Assembly (NCBI GenBank): GCA_013298325.1
Contig: JAAFHJ010000001.1
Span: forward strand, 1 to 36,478
From: Myxococcales bacterium
GTDB taxonomy: Bacteria > Myxococcota_A > Polyangia > Polyangiales > Polyangiaceae
Direction: 5' to 3'
DNA: 36,478 bases
Position numbers and translations under genes: made by a program
Part shown: one piece after another, positions 24,207 to 32,956 of the stretch
How positions within the stretch are numbered: position 1 is the stretch's first letter
Layout: the number at the start of each line of letters is the position of its first letter
The notes under the pieces: generated by a model
Database searches by the model: none
Told to the model about the DNA's origin: nothing
What the model saw: the letters and a program-made list of their open reading frames with translations, nothing else

Positions 24207-24851
24207 ATGGCTCGACCGCCCCGATTCCGCGACGAAGATCTTCTCGAAGCCGCCCGTGCGGTCTTTCTTGAACGTGGCATTCGGACGACGACCGCCGAGG
24301 TCGCTGCGCGCGCCGGCGTCTCCGAAGGGACGCTCTTCAAGCGTTTCGGATCGAAGGCGGCGCTCCTCCGCGCCGCCGCGAGCGGCTGCTTCGGCGAGGG
24401 GGAGGCAGCGCTCCCTTCGAGCGATATTCCGTTGAATCGCGAGCGCTTCGAAGCGTTGCTCAAGCAGCTCGACGGGAATTTTGCCCGGCACGTTCCGATG
24501 GCGGCGATGAGCTTCACTCACCTCACGAGCCCCGAAGAGCTCCCCGAGGCGCTCCGCGGACCACGACCACGACCCCTCGAACGAATCGCTGCACTTTCCA
24601 CCTATTTCGCCGCCCAAGTGGCCGCGGGCCACCTCGCCGCGACGACCGACACCGACGTGCTCGCACGGGTGATCTCCGGGGCACTGTGGCAGCATCGTTT
24701 CTTTCGTTTCGTGTTTGATCCCGCACAAATTCCCCCGTTTCCCGTGCCTCGATTTCTTGGCGCCTTGGCTGATCAGCTATGGCCTGGAATCGCCCCTCCG
24801 GTGCCGCCGACTCCCAAGCGACGGCCCGCTGTCAAAAAGAGCCCGCAATGA
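24207..24851 (+). CDS. TetR/AcrR-family transcriptional regulator
   Basis: The N-terminal HTH is LLEAARAVFLERGIRTTTAEVAARAGVSEGTLFKRFGSKAALL. The length is 214 aa. The stop overlaps the next start (ATGA). Confidence 0.9.
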   Translation: MARPPRFRDEDLLEAARAVFLERGIRTTTAEVAARAGVSEGTLFKRFGSKAALLRAAASGCFGEGEAALPSSDIPLNRERFEALLKQLDGNFARHVPMAAMSFTHLTSPEELPEALRGPRPRPLERIAALSTYFAAQVAAGHLAATTDTDVLARVISGALWQHRFFRFVFDPAQIPPFPVPRFLGALADQLWPGIAPPVPPTPKRRPAVKKSPQ

Positions 24852-26161
24852 AGCATTTGAAGGCAATTCCGCGTCGCGTAGGTCAGGTCGTGGCGCTCTC
24901 GAGCATCGCCATTTTCTCCAAGGATAGCTTCGCCCTTCAGCCTCTTTCTACGTTTGTAGAGCGCGGGCATAGTTCCAACTTCGATGCCCGTGAGTCGGCG
25001 GCGGTCGTCGAACAGCGGAACGCAGAAGCGGCCCAGGCAGGCCGAAAATTGCTGCCGACGCTCACCGCTGTAGGAACCTATACCCACAACCAGTACGAGG
25101 CGGCGGTCACGATCCCGTCGACGACCGGTGGCGCCCCGCGCAAGGGGATTATCACGGCCTACAATCAGTTGGATGGCAATATTACCTTGGCAGTTCCCAT
25201 CGTAGATCTTGCAGCATGGAAGAGAAAGTCTGCCGGCGAGGCGAGCGCCGAAGCAGCCTCACTTCGGGCGGAGTCGACGCAGCTCGACGTCGAACGAACA
25301 ATCACCAAGAACTATTTCGATCTCTTGGCAGCGCGCGCCGTCGTTGGCGCGGCCGAACGCACGCTGGCGACCAACGAATCAAACCTCGCTGTCATCGAGC
25401 AGCGTCGCGCCGCCGGCATCGCGACCGCCCTCGACAAGGAGCGGGCGATCGCCGAGGTCGAGCGTGCCAAGCAGACGCTCGCCCAGGCGAACTATCTGGC
25501 CGGCGCCGCAGCCCGCATCTTGGCGACGCAATCGGGTCTGGAGCCGGAAAAAGGCGGGGAAGTTCCGTCGGATGACCTTCATGACGAGGCTCCGGTTGCG
25601 ACCTTCCTCGGCGGAGAAAAGGGGCACCCGCTCGCGCGCGCCGCAGCCGCCGACGCGCGTGCCCAGGACGCGAATGCGAAAGCTGCAACCTACACACTAC
25701 TGCCAACGCTTGGCGCAACCGCTCAAGAGCGATTCACGAACGCGACCGGTTTTGCGGGCCATAGTGCGATTTACCAGCTCCAGGCCAACATCACCTGGCG
25801 CCTCGATGCGTCGAATATCTCTGCAAATGAAGCGCAGGCGTCTGCCGCAAAAGTGCAGGCAATTCGCGAGGAGCGAGTCCTCCGTGCGCGGACCGACGAA
25901 ATCAAAGATGCGTGGGATTTCGTGACCGCTCAAACCGCAAATGCACGAGCCGCACGGGCGGAAGAGTCGGCGAATCGCAGCGCCGCTCGCCTCGCCAAAG
26001 AGCGCTATGATGCTGGAACTGCTCTTCAACTCGACGTCCTTCAGGCAGACCGGCAGGCCTTTCAAAGCGAAGTCAATCGCATTCAGGCCGATGCAAACCT
26101 CGCCTATGCGCGCACGGCGCTTCGGCTCGCCGCGTCGGCGTCGAAAGACCGTTCGCGATGA
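24848..26161 (+). CDS. TolC-like outer-membrane efflux protein (OMF family)
   Basis: Signal peptide MKHLKAIPRRVGQVVALSSIAIFSKDSFA. Two repeats of coiled-coil/beta-barrel sequence are present (LLPTLTAVGTYTHNQ..., LLPTLGATAQERFTN...). The protein is Ala/Gln/Arg-rich and about 437 aa long. Confidence 0.85.
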   Translation: MKHLKAIPRRVGQVVALSSIAIFSKDSFALQPLSTFVERGHSSNFDARESAAVVEQRNAEAAQAGRKLLPTLTAVGTYTHNQYEAAVTIPSTTGGAPRKGIITAYNQLDGNITLAVPIVDLAAWKRKSAGEASAEAASLRAESTQLDVERTITKNYFDLLAARAVVGAAERTLATNESNLAVIEQRRAAGIATALDKERAIAEVERAKQTLAQANYLAGAAARILATQSGLEPEKGGEVPSDDLHDEAPVATFLGGEKGHPLARAAAADARAQDANAKAATYTLLPTLGATAQERFTNATGFAGHSAIYQLQANITWRLDASNISANEAQASAAKVQAIREERVLRARTDEIKDAWDFVTAQTANARAARAEESANRSAARLAKERYDAGTALQLDVLQADRQAFQSEVNRIQADANLAYARTALRLAASASKDRSR

Positions 26162-27333
26162 GCACCACGAAACTCGCCAGCAAACGCGCCGGTTTTTTTG
26201 CGCGCTTCGCGGCGATGGCGAAGGTCGGCATGCGGATGATGTTCCACGACAAACTGAAAATGGCGGGGACCTTGTTCGGCGTCGTCTTCGCCGTTGTGTT
26301 GTCGAATCAACAGCTGGGAACTTTCCTAGGGCTTATCTACAAGAATCAAATGATGTTGGAGATCACTGGGATGGATCTCTGGATCATTCCTGCAGGCGCG
26401 GAGACCTTCGCCCCGGGGAAGGTCCTTCCCGTCACCGATGCTGCCGTCGCGGAAACGACGCCGGGCGTGGTGTGGGCGGAGCCGATGCTCCTCGGAGCAT
26501 CCACGGTGAAATTGCCGAAGGGGGGGACGGAGGGGGTCACTGTAGTCGGCACGAAGTTCCCGCGCCGCCTCGAGTCCGAATGGCAATTGATCAACGGCTC
26601 GCTCGAGTCACTCAATCGACCTGACACGATGATCTTTGAAGACTCGGAGCGCGAGACGCTTGGGGGGTTGAACCTGGGGAGCGTGCGCGAGGTCGGCAAC
26701 CGGAACGTGACCGTCGGCGGCTTTACCTACGGACTCATCCCGTTCGGCCCTAGCTACGCGCTTGCCGACTACGAACTTGCCCGTGAGCTGCTCAAAACGC
26801 CAAACGACCAAGCGTCCTACATCGCCGTTCGCGCAAAAAAAGGGGCGAATCTTCAGACGGTGAAGGCGGGTATTCAATCGAAGATGAGTTCCTCGGTTGT
26901 CGTCACCAAGGACGAGTTCAAAGGGATGATCGTGAAGAACATCCTGACGAAGACCGCCATCGGAATCACGTTTGGAACGAGCACCATCTTCGGTCTCATC
27001 GTCGGTTTCGTCATTGTTTCGCTCTCGATGTTCTCGAGCGTTGTCGACAATATTCGCGAGTTTGGCACGTTGAAGGCGATCGGCGTCACCAACGGCGATC
27101 TCGGAATGCTCCTCTTCGTTCAATCGCTCGCCTACGGCGGAATTGGTTCGATCATCGGCCTTGCCTTGGTGACGCGCATGGCGGCCGGAATCCGAAGTGC
27201 AAAGCTCGCCCTTGTCCTCCCTCCGTGGCTGACGTTTGGGACGTTCTTCGTCATGATCGGCATGTGTATCTTCGCCTCAAGCCTAGCCCTTCTCCGTCTC
27301 CGGCGCGTCGAGCCGGCCATGGTGTTTCGATGA
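26158..27333 (+). CDS. ABC exporter permease, FtsX-domain, DevC/MacB-like
   Basis: It has an N-terminal TM (LKMAGTLFGVVFAVVLSNQQLG), a large periplasmic domain and a C-terminal three-TM FtsX block (TAIGITFGTSTIFGLIVGFVIV...FGTLKAIG...). Both ends are ATGA overlaps. Confidence 0.85.
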   Translation: MSTTKLASKRAGFFARFAAMAKVGMRMMFHDKLKMAGTLFGVVFAVVLSNQQLGTFLGLIYKNQMMLEITGMDLWIIPAGAETFAPGKVLPVTDAAVAETTPGVVWAEPMLLGASTVKLPKGGTEGVTVVGTKFPRRLESEWQLINGSLESLNRPDTMIFEDSERETLGGLNLGSVREVGNRNVTVGGFTYGLIPFGPSYALADYELARELLKTPNDQASYIAVRAKKGANLQTVKAGIQSKMSSSVVVTKDEFKGMIVKNILTKTAIGITFGTSTIFGLIVGFVIVSLSMFSSVVDNIREFGTLKAIGVTNGDLGMLLFVQSLAYGGIGSIIGLALVTRMAAGIRSAKLALVLPPWLTFGTFFVMIGMCIFASSLALLRLRRVEPAMVFR

Positions 27334-28028
27334 GTGCTACCGAAGAACCTGCCATTGTTGTTCGGAAGGTCACCAAGACCTACGGCTCCGGGGCGACCGC
27401 CTTTCAAGCGTTGAAAGGGGTCGACTTCGAAGCAAAACGCGGCGAATTCGTTATGATTTGCGGCCACTCAGGCAGCGGAAAGACGACGCTCCTCTCGATC
27501 CTCGGCTGTGTACTCAACGCGACGAGCGGTGAAGTTCGCCTCCTCGGCCAAGATCTTTCTCAGCCAAAAGAGAGCGAGTTGGCGGCGCTCCGTCTCTCCC
27601 ATATCGGCTTCATTTTTCAAGCGCACAACCTGATCGCTTCGCTGACGGCCGAAGAGAACATCTCCCTCGTTTTGCGTCTCCGCGGGATGGGCGTTTCGGA
27701 GGCTGCCGCAGAGGCGCGACGGAAATTGGCGGAGGTCGGTCTTGGCGAAAAGACGGCGAGCCTGCCCCGCGATCTTTCGGGCGGCCAACGGCAGCGCGTC
27801 GCCATTGCCCGAGCACTTGCCGGATCGCCGCCGCTTATTCTCGCCGACGAGCCGACGGCGGCGCTTGATGCCCAGAACGGCCTCGCGATCACAGAGACGC
27901 TACGCCAGCTCGCGAAGGAACACGGACATACCGTGGTCGTCGTGACCCACGACAATCGCATTTTTCACCTCGCCGATCGCATCGTGAATATCGAGGACGG
28001 CCTCATTCAACCGGGCGATCACGCGTAG
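27330..28028 (+). CDS. ABC transporter ATP-binding protein (DevA/MacB/LolD-type)
   Basis: Contains Walker A GHSGSGKTT, a Q-loop, the signature LSGGQRQRVAIARAL, Walker B LILADEPT and the H-loop VVTHD. The start is at ATG 27330 (ATGA overlap). Confidence 0.92.
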   Translation: MSATEEPAIVVRKVTKTYGSGATAFQALKGVDFEAKRGEFVMICGHSGSGKTTLLSILGCVLNATSGEVRLLGQDLSQPKESELAALRLSHIGFIFQAHNLIASLTAEENISLVLRLRGMGVSEAAAEARRKLAEVGLGEKTASLPRDLSGGQRQRVAIARALAGSPPLILADEPTAALDAQNGLAITETLRQLAKEHGHTVVVVTHDNRIFHLADRIVNIEDGLIQPGDHA

Positions 28029-28068
28029 CTTCCTTTGCTCGAAGCGACCAGAAAAGCAGTACATACCG

Positions 28069-29172
28069 ATGAACTTCCAAGGTTTTCGAGGTTTCTTCAG
28101 TTCCAAATACTTCGGCTTCGCGCTGCTCCTCCTCTGCGTTTTTGCCATCGGCAAGACGATGGCAGGGGGGCGACAGACGGTGCCAATCGCGAAAGACCGC
28201 GAGAAATCGAAGCGAACGGCGGTCCTAAAGACCGGTGGCACCGATGAACGGGTTGAGGTGCCGACCGGGCAGTTCGTTGCCGGAAATGGTGTGATTGAGC
28301 CGAAGGATCGCGAGACGAAAGTTTCGAGTCACGTCCCCGGCCGAATCGCCCATGTCTTGGTAAAAGAAGGGGACAAGGTCGACGCGGGTGCCCCGCTTGC
28401 CGAAATGGAGAGCGACGCGGAGAAGGCAAACCTCGCGGCGGCCGAGGGCGATCTCGCGCAAGCCAAAGCGGAGCTCCTGCGGACGACGCGCGGGCTTCGG
28501 CGGGAGGACCGCGACGCCATCGTCGCCGACGCCGATGGCGCACGCGCACGGGCCGAGCTCTCAAAAAGCCAGGCGACGCGGATTGAGACGCTCGCGGGTG
28601 GTGGCGCAGCGACGCCCGACGAACTCGAGAAGGCCAAGCGCCAGGCGGAAGCCGATCAGCGCGCGCTAGAGGCGGCAAACGCGCGCAAGCAGGCGGCGGT
28701 TTCCGGCTCCCGTTCGGAAGACGTGATGGCCGCACAAGCGCGTGTGAGTGCCGCCGAGGCGAGGCGCGATCAGGCAAAGGCGACCTTTGAACGACTCACG
28801 ATTCGCGCCCCGATCGCGGGTGAGATTCTCCAGCTCAAGTTGCGCGCGGGCGAGTATTATAACCCGCAAGGTGGCGATCCGATTGTAATTATCGGGGACA
28901 CCTCCAAACTGCGCGTGCGGATGGACGTCGACGAACGCGATGTGGCAAAGCTCAAAGTTGGCGCCCCCGCGTTTGCGACTCTTACGGCCTATCCAGGGAA
29001 GCGCTTCCGCGGTCATGTCGTCGATATCGGCCATCGCATGGGACGAAAGAACATCCGGACCGACGACCCCGTCGAGCGGATCGACACGAAAATCCTTGAG
29101 GTCGTCTTCGAACTCGACGACCGCGATGGATTGCTCCCGGGGCTGCGCGTCACGAGCTACATCGAGTACTGA
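28069..29172 (+). CDS. HlyD-family membrane fusion (periplasmic adaptor) protein, DevB-like
   Basis: It has an N-terminal TM (YFGFALLLLCVFAIG), a lipoyl-like segment VKEGDKVDAGAPLAEME, a long Ala/Glu/Arg coiled-coil hairpin, then APIAGEILQLKLRAGEY and beta-barrel sequence. Confidence 0.85.
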   Translation: MNFQGFRGFFSSKYFGFALLLLCVFAIGKTMAGGRQTVPIAKDREKSKRTAVLKTGGTDERVEVPTGQFVAGNGVIEPKDRETKVSSHVPGRIAHVLVKEGDKVDAGAPLAEMESDAEKANLAAAEGDLAQAKAELLRTTRGLRREDRDAIVADADGARARAELSKSQATRIETLAGGGAATPDELEKAKRQAEADQRALEAANARKQAAVSGSRSEDVMAAQARVSAAEARRDQAKATFERLTIRAPIAGEILQLKLRAGEYYNPQGGDPIVIIGDTSKLRVRMDVDERDVAKLKVGAPAFATLTAYPGKRFRGHVVDIGHRMGRKNIRTDDPVERIDTKILEVVFELDDRDGLLPGLRVTSYIEY

Positions 29173-29196
29173 CGGCGCGCCGTTTCGGTTTCAGTT

Positions 29197-30600
29197 TCAG
29201 TGCGCTACGGGACTGGCGGCCGCACGTGGGGAGCATCCCGCATCGGGGTGCGCTTTCGTGTAGGCCTCAAGATCGTTCCAGAGGGCGTGTCCGAGGCGCG
29301 TCCCCATAAGCATGCCGGCCGGCTTTCGGAAGTGGATCAAATCTGCTTCTGCGAGGCCCGCCTTTGCGAGCTTGTGCATGCTCAGGCTTCCGCCCATCGC
29401 CTCGCGGAAGTCAAAGTAGGCGGCACCATTTCGGTCAGAAATCTCGCGTAACTGTTGAACAAGCTTCGGAATTCGCGGATCGCTCCACTTGTCTTCCCAT
29501 TTGAGTTCGATGTCCGGGGGACTCAGGACGAGAAGCGGTGTGTCGGGAAGGGCTTCACGGATGCCGGCAAAGACGTCCTTCATCCACGACTCATGATCCT
29601 TCGGCGAAAACATGTTTGTACCGATCGCAAAGACGACCAGGTCGTAGTTGCGACGCTCGAGCATCGGTTTCCGCGAGGCCGACGAGACGTGGGTCATCAT
29701 CTCGTAGTTGAGTGCCCCCACTCCGAGGGAATCGACCACGTAACCGGGTTTGTCGCGCTCCATCGATGCGCCATACACGCGAATCTTCCCCGACCGAAGA
29801 GCGACTTCAATCTTGTGAGATCCATCGGGGACGTCGTAGTGACGGAAGCGGGTTTCCGCTTTGTCGGCCTTCGTGTCGACCGTCTCTTGGACGGTTCCAT
29901 CCAGCTTTACCGCGAACGTTCCGCCGCTCGGGCGCGCGAGGTAGAAAAGATCGATCGAGGAGACGGAATGACCGATGGGTGAGTCGGGAGAGTCGGTCGT
30001 CGCGACGAAGGCCCACGCGCCGGGATGATCGGTTTCGGAGCCTAAATTTGCGGAAGAATAGTGGCCATCGTTGGTCCGATGGGTAGAGACGGCGAGCGGC
30101 TTCCACGCCCCTTCCCAGAGTTCGTGGCGCACATCCATGTGCCGGTACCACCCCCAGGGGCGCGTCATGCCGGCGAAGCCATGGCCAGCGTCGCCGTACT
30201 TGCCCTGGAGCATCCGCCGGAGCCCGCCGGTGATGTAGTCCATCGTCATATTCGAATCGCCATACACGGCGATTCGAACCGAATGTTTTGCGGTTCCTCG
30301 CGCAACCTCCGCCGCTCGCGCATAAAAGTGGGCGAGGCGGTCCGGGAATTCAATGGCAGGAAGTTTGGTATCAATCACCGATTCATCGAGGGGAGGAAGC
30401 GCGAAGGCCCCCTCGGGAAACGGCGCGCAGGTCTGCAAGGGCGGCGCGGAAGGGGCCGGAACCGCTGACGGGGTGCTCGATGTAGCCCCCGTCTCCGCGA
30501 GCACCGGTGAAACGTGATGTGCCGCCTCGGGGACGTCGGGGAGCGTCCGTGCTTTGCAGCCGCCAAGGGCAAGGAGGGCGAGCATCGGCAGTCGGCGCAT
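29197..30600 (-). CDS. SGNH-family hydrolase lipoprotein with a large insertion between blocks I and II (candidate carbohydrate O-acetylesterase)
   Basis: The start MRRLPMLALLALGGC carries a lipobox. GGAG lies 8 nt upstream of ATG 30600. SGNH blocks are IAVYGDSNM (I, aa ~114), VVDSLGVG (II, aa ~290), VFAIGTNM (III, aa ~327) and DLIHF (V). About 170 aa of beta-rich sequence is inserted between blocks I and II. Confidence 0.7.
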   Translation of the reverse strand: MRRLPMLALLALGGCKARTLPDVPEAAHHVSPVLAETGATSSTPSAVPAPSAPPLQTCAPFPEGAFALPPLDESVIDTKLPAIEFPDRLAHFYARAAEVARGTAKHSVRIAVYGDSNMTMDYITGGLRRMLQGKYGDAGHGFAGMTRPWGWYRHMDVRHELWEGAWKPLAVSTHRTNDGHYSSANLGSETDHPGAWAFVATTDSPDSPIGHSVSSIDLFYLARPSGGTFAVKLDGTVQETVDTKADKAETRFRHYDVPDGSHKIEVALRSGKIRVYGASMERDKPGYVVDSLGVGALNYEMMTHVSSASRKPMLERRNYDLVVFAIGTNMFSPKDHESWMKDVFAGIREALPDTPLLVLSPPDIELKWEDKWSDPRIPKLVQQLREISDRNGAAYFDFREAMGGSLSMHKLAKAGLAEADLIHFRKPAGMLMGTRLGHALWNDLEAYTKAHPDAGCSPRAAASPVAH

Positions 30601-30620
30601 CGAGAATTCTCCAAAAAACT

Positions 30621-31730
30621 TCAGGGGTTTCGAGGCGCTGCCGATGCGGATGGCGCAGGCGTTGCGGCGGCGAAGAGGTGATCCAGAAAACCGAGGGCCG
30701 AACAGGTCGCCGGCGCGACGTTCCCCTTGGTGCCGAAAACGGCGAATCCGTGCCCTTCGTCGATGGCGATCACCCGGCTCGGCACGGCGGCGGCACGGAG
30801 CGCGGCGGCGAGGTTCTCGGAGTCAGCCATCGGAACGACGTGGTCGCGTGTACCATGCAAGAAAAGGATCGGCGGGTCGCCGGCGGTGACGAAGTGCTTC
30901 GGCGTCGCCAATTTTGCGGCGATCGGCCATTCGTCGTCCCGAGGACGCGGGTGCTTCCCGTCCGGTTCGCCGCCGCCGTGCCGGAGAAACTCGTCGACCG
31001 CCTGGGTCATCGGCACGTAGGTGTAGTGGGTCGGCGCGGTGTCGAGTTCAGTGGGCGGATAGTAGGCTACCGCCCCGACGGGGCGCAGGTCGGCCGTTCC
31101 ACAACTTGCTTCAGGATCAAAGGCAGATTCGTCAAACGCGACGGTCGCCAGGGCGGCGAGGTGGCCCCCCGATGAAGCCCCAACATAGGCGAAAGGGACG
31201 TGCACGTTGTTCTTCGACAAATACGCTTGTGCGTGACGGACCGCACAGCGCACGTCCTTCACGGCGGCAGGAAACGCTGTGCTGGGGCCTGCCGCGAGGC
31301 GGTAGTTGGTCGCAATGACCGCGTAGCCGCGTGCCGCCAGTTTCCCTAAGAGAGGCCTAAAAAGTTTCTTGTTTCCGGACGTCCAGCCGCCGCCATGAAC
31401 GATGACAAGAAGGCCACGTGTTCGTACGCCGAAGGGGCGCGCCAAATCGTAGACCTGGCGTGGATGCCCCCCATATGCGACATCGCTCAGGATCGGCAGC
31501 TCGGCCTCTGGCTCGGGAAGCGTGCAGTCTGCAGCGGATGCGAACAAGTTCGACGCGGTGGCTGGGACGTGGATCGCCGGAACGACCACGAGCTCGGGGA
31601 CCGATACCGCCGAGGAGGGTGCTGGAGGTGCTTCGGGAACACACGCGGCCGCGGCGATTGCGAGGAGGAGGAGCGTAGCCGACCGATGAGGTGTCGTCGC
31701 GCCGCAATCGGTCACCGACGGACGACTCAC
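30621..31730 (-). CDS. Alpha/beta-hydrolase esterase lipoprotein (HGGG/GxSxG type)
   Basis: Contains the LLVIVHGGGW oxyanion motif, the VGASSGGHLA nucleophile elbow, LHGTRDHVVP (Asp) and IDEGHGF (His). I prefer the GTG start at 31730, which overlaps the kinase stop (GTGA). That start gives (V)SRPSVTDCGATTPHRSATLLLLAIAAAAC, a signal with a lipobox. An ATG at 31763 is the alternative. Confidence 0.8.
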   Translation of the reverse strand: MSRPSVTDCGATTPHRSATLLLLAIAAAACVPEAPPAPSSAVSVPELVVVPAIHVPATASNLFASAADCTLPEPEAELPILSDVAYGGHPRQVYDLARPFGVRTRGLLVIVHGGGWTSGNKKLFRPLLGKLAARGYAVIATNYRLAAGPSTAFPAAVKDVRCAVRHAQAYLSKNNVHVPFAYVGASSGGHLAALATVAFDESAFDPEASCGTADLRPVGAVAYYPPTELDTAPTHYTYVPMTQAVDEFLRHGGGEPDGKHPRPRDDEWPIAAKLATPKHFVTAGDPPILFLHGTRDHVVPMADSENLAAALRAAAVPSRVIAIDEGHGFAVFGTKGNVAPATCSALGFLDHLFAAATPAPSASAAPRNP

Positions 31731-32896
31731 GGCCCGTGGCTGGTGAAGACCCCAGCCGCCCAAAGACCGCCACCGGCAGCGAGCACAACAAGGATCGTGA
31801 GGACGAGTACAATGGCGCCGGTGTTTCCACCGTTTGATTTCACCGATTGAGCGCGCGCGCGTGTGTCGGGCATCGTTGCCTGGCGCGCGCGCATGGGGGG
31901 CGGCGGCGGAGCTCCACCGTAAGGGACGAACGGCTGCGGCGTGAGGCGGCGCACCGGCGCCCCTGGCGGCAAACTCGCAGCCGACGCGGTGCGTCGCTTG
32001 TCCATTTCTGCTGCGAGTTGCCGTAGTTCTACGAGGCTCGCAAGGAAATCGTCGGCGGTACGATAGCGATCATCGGGGCGGCGACGAATGGCCCGACCGA
32101 CGACGTCGGCGAAGCGAAGCGCGAGTTCGTCGTGACGACCGATATCGAGGGGAGGCGCCTCCTCCGAGAGTTTCCGGCGCGCAATTTCGCGCTCGTCCCC
32201 CTCGAACGGGAGCATCCCAGAAGATGCATAATACAAGACGACGCCGACACCATAGACGTCCGACGGCGGCGTTGCGCGGCGCGCATCGAGCATTTGCTCC
32301 GGCGCCATGAACGCAGGGGTACCGATCGCAACACGGGAGGCGGTCGCGGTGATGTCGCCGTTCGCCGGTCCATCTCCGCCAAAGGTCGGCTGAGCGGTCA
32401 ATCGCGAGAGACCGAGGTCAAAAATTACCGCGCGCTGGAGACCGTTCTCCAGCTGGCGAATCATAATGTTTGACGGTTTGAGATCGCGATGGATCACGCC
32501 GACTTTGTGCATGTCGCAAAGGCCTCGGGCGAGATGAACGCCGAGTTCGACCGCCTCCGGAAGCGACAAGGGTGTATCTTGCAAGATATCGGAGAGGAGT
32601 TCCCCCTCGATGTATTCCATGACGATCAGCATCCCGTGCTCATCGTCGACGATAAAATCGATGCATCGCGCAACGTATTCGCTGTCGATGCGACGCAGGT
32701 TCATCGCCTCACGCTTGAAACGCGAAACATGATCAAAATGGGCGCTCGCGGGGACGTTCTGCTTGAGAAGCGTCTTAATCGCGACTTTCTCGCCCCCCTC
32801 AAGCCGCTCGGCAAGCCAAACGGCGCCGAAGGCACCGGCACCGAGCTTTCGCGCGATGCGGTACCCGGAGAGGGTGAGGCCGGGGACGAGGCTCAT
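31727..32896 (-). CDS. Hanks-type Ser/Thr protein kinase, C-terminally membrane-anchored
   Basis: Contains the GAGAFGAVWLA Gly loop, VAIK, HRDLKPSNIM, DLGLS (DFG-equivalent) and GTPAFMAPE. A Pro-rich linker follows, then a single TM (GAIVLVLTILVVLAAGGGLWAAGVF) just 5 residues before the stop. Confidence 0.92.
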   Translation of the reverse strand: MSLVPGLTLSGYRIARKLGAGAFGAVWLAERLEGGEKVAIKTLLKQNVPASAHFDHVSRFKREAMNLRRIDSEYVARCIDFIVDDEHGMLIVMEYIEGELLSDILQDTPLSLPEAVELGVHLARGLCDMHKVGVIHRDLKPSNIMIRQLENGLQRAVIFDLGLSRLTAQPTFGGDGPANGDITATASRVAIGTPAFMAPEQMLDARRATPPSDVYGVGVVLYYASSGMLPFEGDEREIARRKLSEEAPPLDIGRHDELALRFADVVGRAIRRRPDDRYRTADDFLASLVELRQLAAEMDKRRTASAASLPPGAPVRRLTPQPFVPYGGAPPPPPMRARQATMPDTRARAQSVKSNGGNTGAIVLVLTILVVLAAGGGLWAAGVFTSHGP

Positions 32897-32956
32897 GGAT
32901 CTCGGCGTTTTACTACGGCGCGAACCGGGTGCGCTTGGAATTTCCGCGGGGCCGGC

